A stretch of DNA of 64,000 nucleotides, taken from Heteronotia binoei. Its lineage: Eukaryota. Shown here piece after piece: positions 58,433 to 64,000 of this stretch (the first letter of the stretch is position 1; every line of letters starts with the position of its first letter). The notes under the pieces are model-generated. The model saw only the letters and a list, made by a program, of their open reading frames with translations. It made no database searches and was not told the DNA's origin. Position numbers and translations under genes: made by a program. The stretch is taken from assembly GCF_032191835.1 (NCBI RefSeq), contig NC_083233.1, positions 49,290,001 through 49,354,000 on the forward strand. Direction: 5' to 3'.

Positions 58433-59949
58433 AGATTGGCTCTTTTCTTTGGGAAGGGGTGCCTTGTCAAAGACACAAATAGGCACCAGGAAATCCACTG
58501 CCTGTCACCATCGCATCCATAGGATTACTGAGACAAACTTTAGCCCACACAAGTTTGGAGTTTTCCTGAGCAGTTCATGAACAGGCTACCTCAAGGAGTG
58601 CTCAGTTTCCTCAAGCATTCAAAACTATTAACTTTTAGATGTTTTCGTACAGCTTTTTTCAACCTGCAATTCATGTCTAGTATTTAAGTGGCAAACCGCC
58701 CCGTAAAAAGTCTGCCGTGAAAACAACATCACCCTAGAGTCAGAAATGACTGGTTCTTGCACAGGGGATTATCTTTACCTTTTTTATTTAAGGTGAAAAA
58801 CACTTTTTGATTAGATTTTTGAAAAGGAAAATGTGGATTTGCATGCATTTCCCTTGCTGTATGATGAAAGCTTCTCCATTGAATATGAACATTTTGATAC
58901 AAAAATTGAAATTCATGGAACTTTGGCTCAATTGTTTAATAACAGGCATCCACAACATAATAAAAAAATTAGTTAAAGCATTGACCAAAAAGTTCAGCCT
59001 AGGTGGAACTAAATGTGGGGGGAAATATTTCCCTCCTCCGACTTGCTTATGGGCAGCTTCTCCAAGGAAACATGGTATCATTTTAAATTAAGAGTTTCAG
59101 AGAGTAGCTTAACTGGTCTGCAAACACTTGGATTTGAGTCTTGTAGCACCTTAATGACCAACAAGAGTTTCAATGTATAAGGAGTTCTGACTCTCGTATT
59201 TTATGTTTATCTCACTCTACCCATCTTCTATATCCAGTCTGTATGGATTTCTCTCCCTTTGATTAGATGTGGTTTCAAACTGGTCTTCCTTTATAGAACT
59301 TCCTAGATCTGCTCATCAGTTGCTTGTACCTTTAAGCATAAACAACTGCTACATATGCACAATCTTATGAAATGTGATACACTGGAATGAATGTTGTCAG
59401 TCTCCAAGGCACCACTGGATTTCTGTTTTATCACACTTCATTAGCATTTAATATTACATTCTGAATTTTTTAATGTAATCTAAGTCTTTGTTCATCCAAA
59501 TTAGGCAAAAAGTATAAAAGAATCAGCTAGAAACAATCCAACAATCCAACCTTGGCTTTGTATCTTTAGCTTTAAACACATCTCCACAAAATAGCACAAG
59601 AGATTTTGGGTGACCCTTTAGCCCAAGAGCGCCAACAGGAGTTCATATATCTCCCTAAAAGCGACAAGTTCCTACCCTTGTAGCCCTGTCGTTCGCTTTT
59701 AGTCCAACCTAACACACAGGGCTGTTGTGAGAAAAGGTGGAGGAAGAGCCTTTTTTTATTGCAAAAGGCAGCAGAGAAACGGCATACGGGAAAAAAAGAA
59801 AAAAAAACTTTTGTTGGTGCTGGAGGAAATTCGGTAGACAGTCAGGCAGTGGGGTGAAAGACAAAACAGCGCAACAATGTGTCTCGCATCCTGTCCTACC
59901 AGTGCGCCTTTTCAGGCAGCTAGGAGAGTACCGGAACTCTGTACATGTT

Positions 59950-61480
59950 CAGAGACACAGAAACAAGAGAATTTGCAACGGCGAAGCACTGTGGTGTCCA
60001 GTCACCCACCAGACAGTGAAACTGCCATCGCCCTCCTTCCATTCCTGACTCACCTGTTCTGAAATCGCAGAAGCGCAAGAACAGCCGCTCCCAGAGCGCC
60101 CACTGGGCAAACAGCCCCCACCGAACGCCTTATAAAAACTTGACTGGCACTTTGGGGAACTGTAGGCAGGACTTCCGGGGCCTCTTTCTGAGAGGCCTCT
60201 GCTTCCGCGCAACATTTGAGGCCGCTTTTCCTCTCAAAGGCCCCCTCGAGTGCAGTGGGCGCGGCCTGGCTGAAAGCTCCTCCCCTCAAGGTAGTTAATG
60301 AGGCTGCTCTAGGTGGCGCGCAGGAGCAGCAGAGATTGTCGGGTTTATTTTTACCGCGCCTAATCGGAAGCTCGTCAGGGTTAGCCTCTCTAGCCCTTCT
60401 ATCACCAAGAGGATGCCACTCCTTAAAGGGACAGCCGCCCTTTCCCGTAGCCACCGGTGACAGTTTTACAGACACAGACAAGCAGCCACGGAGTCCTCCA
60501 AGCGCTCGCGAGTCCTTCTCGCGTCGTCCTAGACGCTGAGGCTGGAGAGAGCGGCGCTGCTGCCACCTCCTCATTCCACTATTCTGGACCGCAGCTGCAG
60601 AAAGCTGTGGCAGTGCAGGACAGGGAAGGGGGGAACGAGTGGAATCCGCCTGGCAAGAGCGACGGAGGGAGTCGAAGTGTCACCCCTCGACAGCGCCTCT
60701 TGGTCTGGATCCATTTGCGCCTGATCAATGAAGGAGCGCTGGATTGCAGCCGCCTCTTCCTTTCTTCGCAGGGAAGGTACGGCTGTTCCTGGGCCACAGC
60801 TTCCCGGCCTGACCGCGCGGAGCCCTAGAGCTCCCAGGGCTGGATACGCTGACCAGTCACCAATCTGGAACTACATTTCCCACCATGCCCTGGTCTCTCT
60901 GAGGGGAAGGCTCGACGGGTCGCGTGTATCGTCACATCCGGTTGCCGGAAGAGGCGTCTGTTCCCATTCAGGCAGCGAAGTCCGAACGGTAGCGGCAGCT
61001 GCAGAAGAGGCTAGGCCGAAGCCGCCGGGATGGAGGACAGCGAATGGCGTAGCAACAACTTCAGGCAGAAGCTGGTTAGCCAGATGTGAGTAATGTATGG
61101 GTGCTGAATGGGGACAAAAGGCTTGGCGGTGCGCTAGGCCCCAAGCGCCTCTTCGTGGGTGGAAGGCCGGCCGGCCCGGAAGGGCGGTCGAGGCGCCTGG
61201 GGCTAGGTTCTCCGTCTGATAGTAGGGCTGACCAGGCGGGCCTTTGCTAGCCTAGGGTGTAGGGGCGGAGTCCGTAGGTGGTAGCGTGGGTTGAACGTCC
61301 GAGGCTGTTAGCTGGAAGCTGTTAGAAACATCCTTTAAGTAGATGACTAATACGACTGGCAGAGCTATTCTAACTGGTGTGCTAGTTTTCTGCTTGCAGG
61401 CCTTCGACTGGGGGAGCGTTCAGAAACGAGCCACCCCACCTCCGTTCTGAAGCGGTGCTGTCGGTGGCCTAAAAGCCAGT
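59950..61480. promoter_or_regulatory. Bidirectional CpG-island promoter of KLHL22 (-) and MED15 (+)
   Basis: CpG rich; CCAAT (60860), ZNF143/SBS-type actacatttcccaccatgc (60870-60888), ETS ccggaag (60945); minus-strand donor CAG|gtgagt at 60054 as the likely end of a non-coding KLHL22 exon. Confidence 0.8.
61030..61085 (+). CDS. MED15: Mediator subunit 15, coding exon 1 (not in the ORF track)
   Basis: gggATGG Kozak context; MEDSEWRSNNFRQKLVSQI matches the MED15 KIX start WRS..FRQKLVSQI; donor gtgagt. Confidence 0.92.
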
Positions 61481-63877
61481 CGAGACGTGCAGGATTCTGC
61501 ACTTTTTCGTATTAAGTGTTCCTTTGCGTCAAAAGCTCCTCATTTTATTATTCATTTAGTATATTTGTATTAAGTTTTTCCTGCAAGGAGCTCAGGGTGG
61601 GCTTCACCCCGCCCCCAATTGTAGTCTTACAGTCACCCTGTGAGTAAGGTTAGGGCCTAAGGATACCTAGTGAATTTAATGGCACATGGTTCTCCTAGAT
61701 CCTAGTCTCACATTCCAACAAATTAAGGAAGACAAAAAGGTAGAATCTGAAGTAGTGCAAAAGAAAAGCACATGTGTCTTAACTCCTTTTGCACATTTCT
61801 TTGGATGCATCATACGTCTGTTTTGTCAAATGTTTAACTTGATTCCTTTTTTTATTCATTAGTCTTGGGTAGATTGAATATTCTTTAAATTTGTACACTT
61901 GCTATGTTTTTCTCATTGTGGATTCAGATCCCAGTTGTAGTTCATAGTACAATCCTTTTCATATACTTGGGGGGGGGGGGGGTTGCTCTTCAGCATTTAA
62001 ACCATGTTGGCCTATGGTCAACTAGTGTTTAAAGGCAAGAGGTTCCTTTGAAGGGCATATTCCTGAAGAATCCTCCCATGCAGTGTGAAATTGAATGGCT
62101 CAAAAGACAGTGGCAGCAGAGGAGCAGCTGCCTTAGTTTTATTCCCCAAAGAAGCAATTTTTTTGCCAGGTTTAACCCTTTTAAGAGGCTCCTGGAACAT
62201 GAGCCCTTCTGACCAGATCATCTAATCCTGCTTCCTATTTTCCTATCAGAGAGACCAGAAGTTTGGTAGGAAGCAACACAGTCCCTTCCCCTGGTTCTTC
62301 CACTTTCTCTTGAGTGTGGAGGTTCTGTTTGATAATAATGATTAATATCCACTGACCATTCCATCCCAAAGAAGGTGTAATGCTTTTTAAAACAGTAAAT
62401 CACTGTTTTTTCAGTACTGAATTCCATAAATGCATATATATTTTTTAATCTTGCTAGTTATTGTGAGTAATTGGGTGCTTTCGTCTGAAGAAAGAGAATG
62501 TCTCTGTTTGCACAGGCCATAATTGAGTAAATGTCTGCTGTGTCCCTGGTGAAGTGAGCTAAGCTAAAAACTCAGAATTTCCTCTTAGAGAAGATGCTTT
62601 GACCTTTCCAAGACAGCATTTTTGGAAATGCTTCCTGTTCCCTGTACATCGTTCTCTAAAGTAGCAGAGCTGTGAAGTGTCTTGAGCTGTTGAGACTGGA
62701 GGAAGGTTTCAGATTAGTTAGGCTCAAGCCAGCCTTTCAGAAGAGGATGCAGCTTATTTCAGCTGTACTATAATTTATCAGCAGGTCTCATCCTTGCATA
62801 AACTACAGAAACAGCTGAACTCTTAAACACACGGCAGCATTGCATTACAGCCCCATCCTCCCATTGCCTTTAGCACAGTTTGAACTCTGCTGGCGAAGCT
62901 GTGTGGAGTAGGAGTAAGGATATAGAGAAAGGGGAACAAAGAATGTGCATATGGAAAGATTTGAAGGAGGGAGTTTGAATGGGAGGTGCAGGAAAGACGA
63001 CAAAAAGCAGCAGCATATTTGCAAAGGTGTAAGGAAGGAATGCAGAAGGAATCAGAAAGGTTATCAAACAGTTGCCCAGAGGCATGGGGAGGCACTGCGT
63101 TGAGGACTGTTAGTCTAGAGCAGGAGTCCTCAAGGTAGTACCAGGTAGGACTTTTTCCTAGCAAGGCTTCTAATTGACTGTTGGAGATTTGATTGGCTGT
63201 GCAGATTTTTTAACAGGTTATTTTGGCAGTAGCTGCCACCACAGGACAAGGTTCTGCATTGTGTTACTGAGGTAGTTAAGGTGTGGTAGTCATTTTGGGG
63301 CTGGCTCAATTTCCTGTGGCACCCATTTTGGTGCTTTGCCTACCATGTTGTATCATTTGTACATTTTATTTATTTATTTTATTTATTGGCCACTCTTTTC
63401 CTGCAAGCAGGGCTTGGGGCAGCTTACAACAATATGTACACAATAAATAATATAAGTTAAAAACCAACATTAAAAACCTGAACAAATCCCATTCCAAGAT
63501 CGTGAAAAGGTTAAAATTCCAATTTTGCATCCACAGTGTGAACACCCACTTTCCTGGTTACTGAAGGGGGTGTGATAGGCTGGGCACAGAAGAATATAGG
63601 TGCTTTGTTTCTTTCAGGCTCTCTGAAGGCAACATTGAAAGCACCAGGCTATGTGGGCAGGTGAGCTGATGAAAGGTTTTTTGGGGGGCTTGTTAGGAAG
63701 GCAGTTCTGATGCATTAGTGATATAAAGTTACCCTGCTTGCAGAAAGAGGATTTGTCATTTTTTTTTCAAAAAAAAGAAAAATTACCAGAAAAAGACAAG
63801 AACTGACTGTCCTCTTGCGTTCACAGAGCCTAAACTGTGCTATTCTGACCAAAGTTCCTTGTGTTTGCTTATTGCAG

Positions 63878-63965
63878 AGAAGAAGCAATGAGGAAAGCTG
63901 GAGTAGCTCATAATAAAACCAGTAAAGACATGGAGAACCATGTGTACATGAAGGCCAAAACACGG
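63878..63965 (+). CDS. MED15: MED15 coding exon 2; gene continues beyond the window
   Basis: ttgcag|A EEAMRKAGVAHNKTSKDMENHVYMKAKTR|gtaaga; phase matches exon 1. Confidence 0.95.
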
Positions 63966-64000
63966 GTAAGACATTGACTTTTCTTGTGGTAGGGAGCAGA

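Noticed and set aside
60050-61093. Long ORFs on both strands in the KLHL22/MED15 promoter
   Set aside because: Stop-poor GC-rich sequence with no recognisable domains or exon structure.

Overview
Vertebrate (squamate, probably gecko, inferred from the repeat families and gene orthology) genomic DNA with one 148-N gap. Four protein-coding genes were rebuilt exon by exon from GT-AG sites and reading-frame phase. (1) An intact 9-exon T-box gene of the Tbx16/VegT/TBX6L class (+, CDS 11586-28956, 441 aa), a gene class lost in mammals. (2) CRKL (-, 3 exons, 301 aa). (3) KLHL22 (-, 6 coding exons, 634 aa). (4) The first two coding exons of MED15 (+), head-to-head with KLHL22 across a CpG-island promoter. 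The window opens with the 3' part of a decayed DIRS1-type tyrosine-recombinase retrotransposon (RT end, RNase H, methyltransferase-like domain, YR, ICR and right terminus) inserted into a MITE. The rest is rich in hAT-type MITEs (several with 8-bp TSDs), tRNA-, 5S- and Sauria-type SINEs, and CR1, L2 and Penelope-like fragments. I found no clearly new biological system. The best leads are the T-box gene's features (16-nt first coding exon, in-frame uORF, stop-free in-frame intron inside the T-box, D>Y change in the DNA-binding helix region), the DIRS circle-junction record, and an inverted duplication across the gap. Family names and motif comparisons come from recall, not from database searches.
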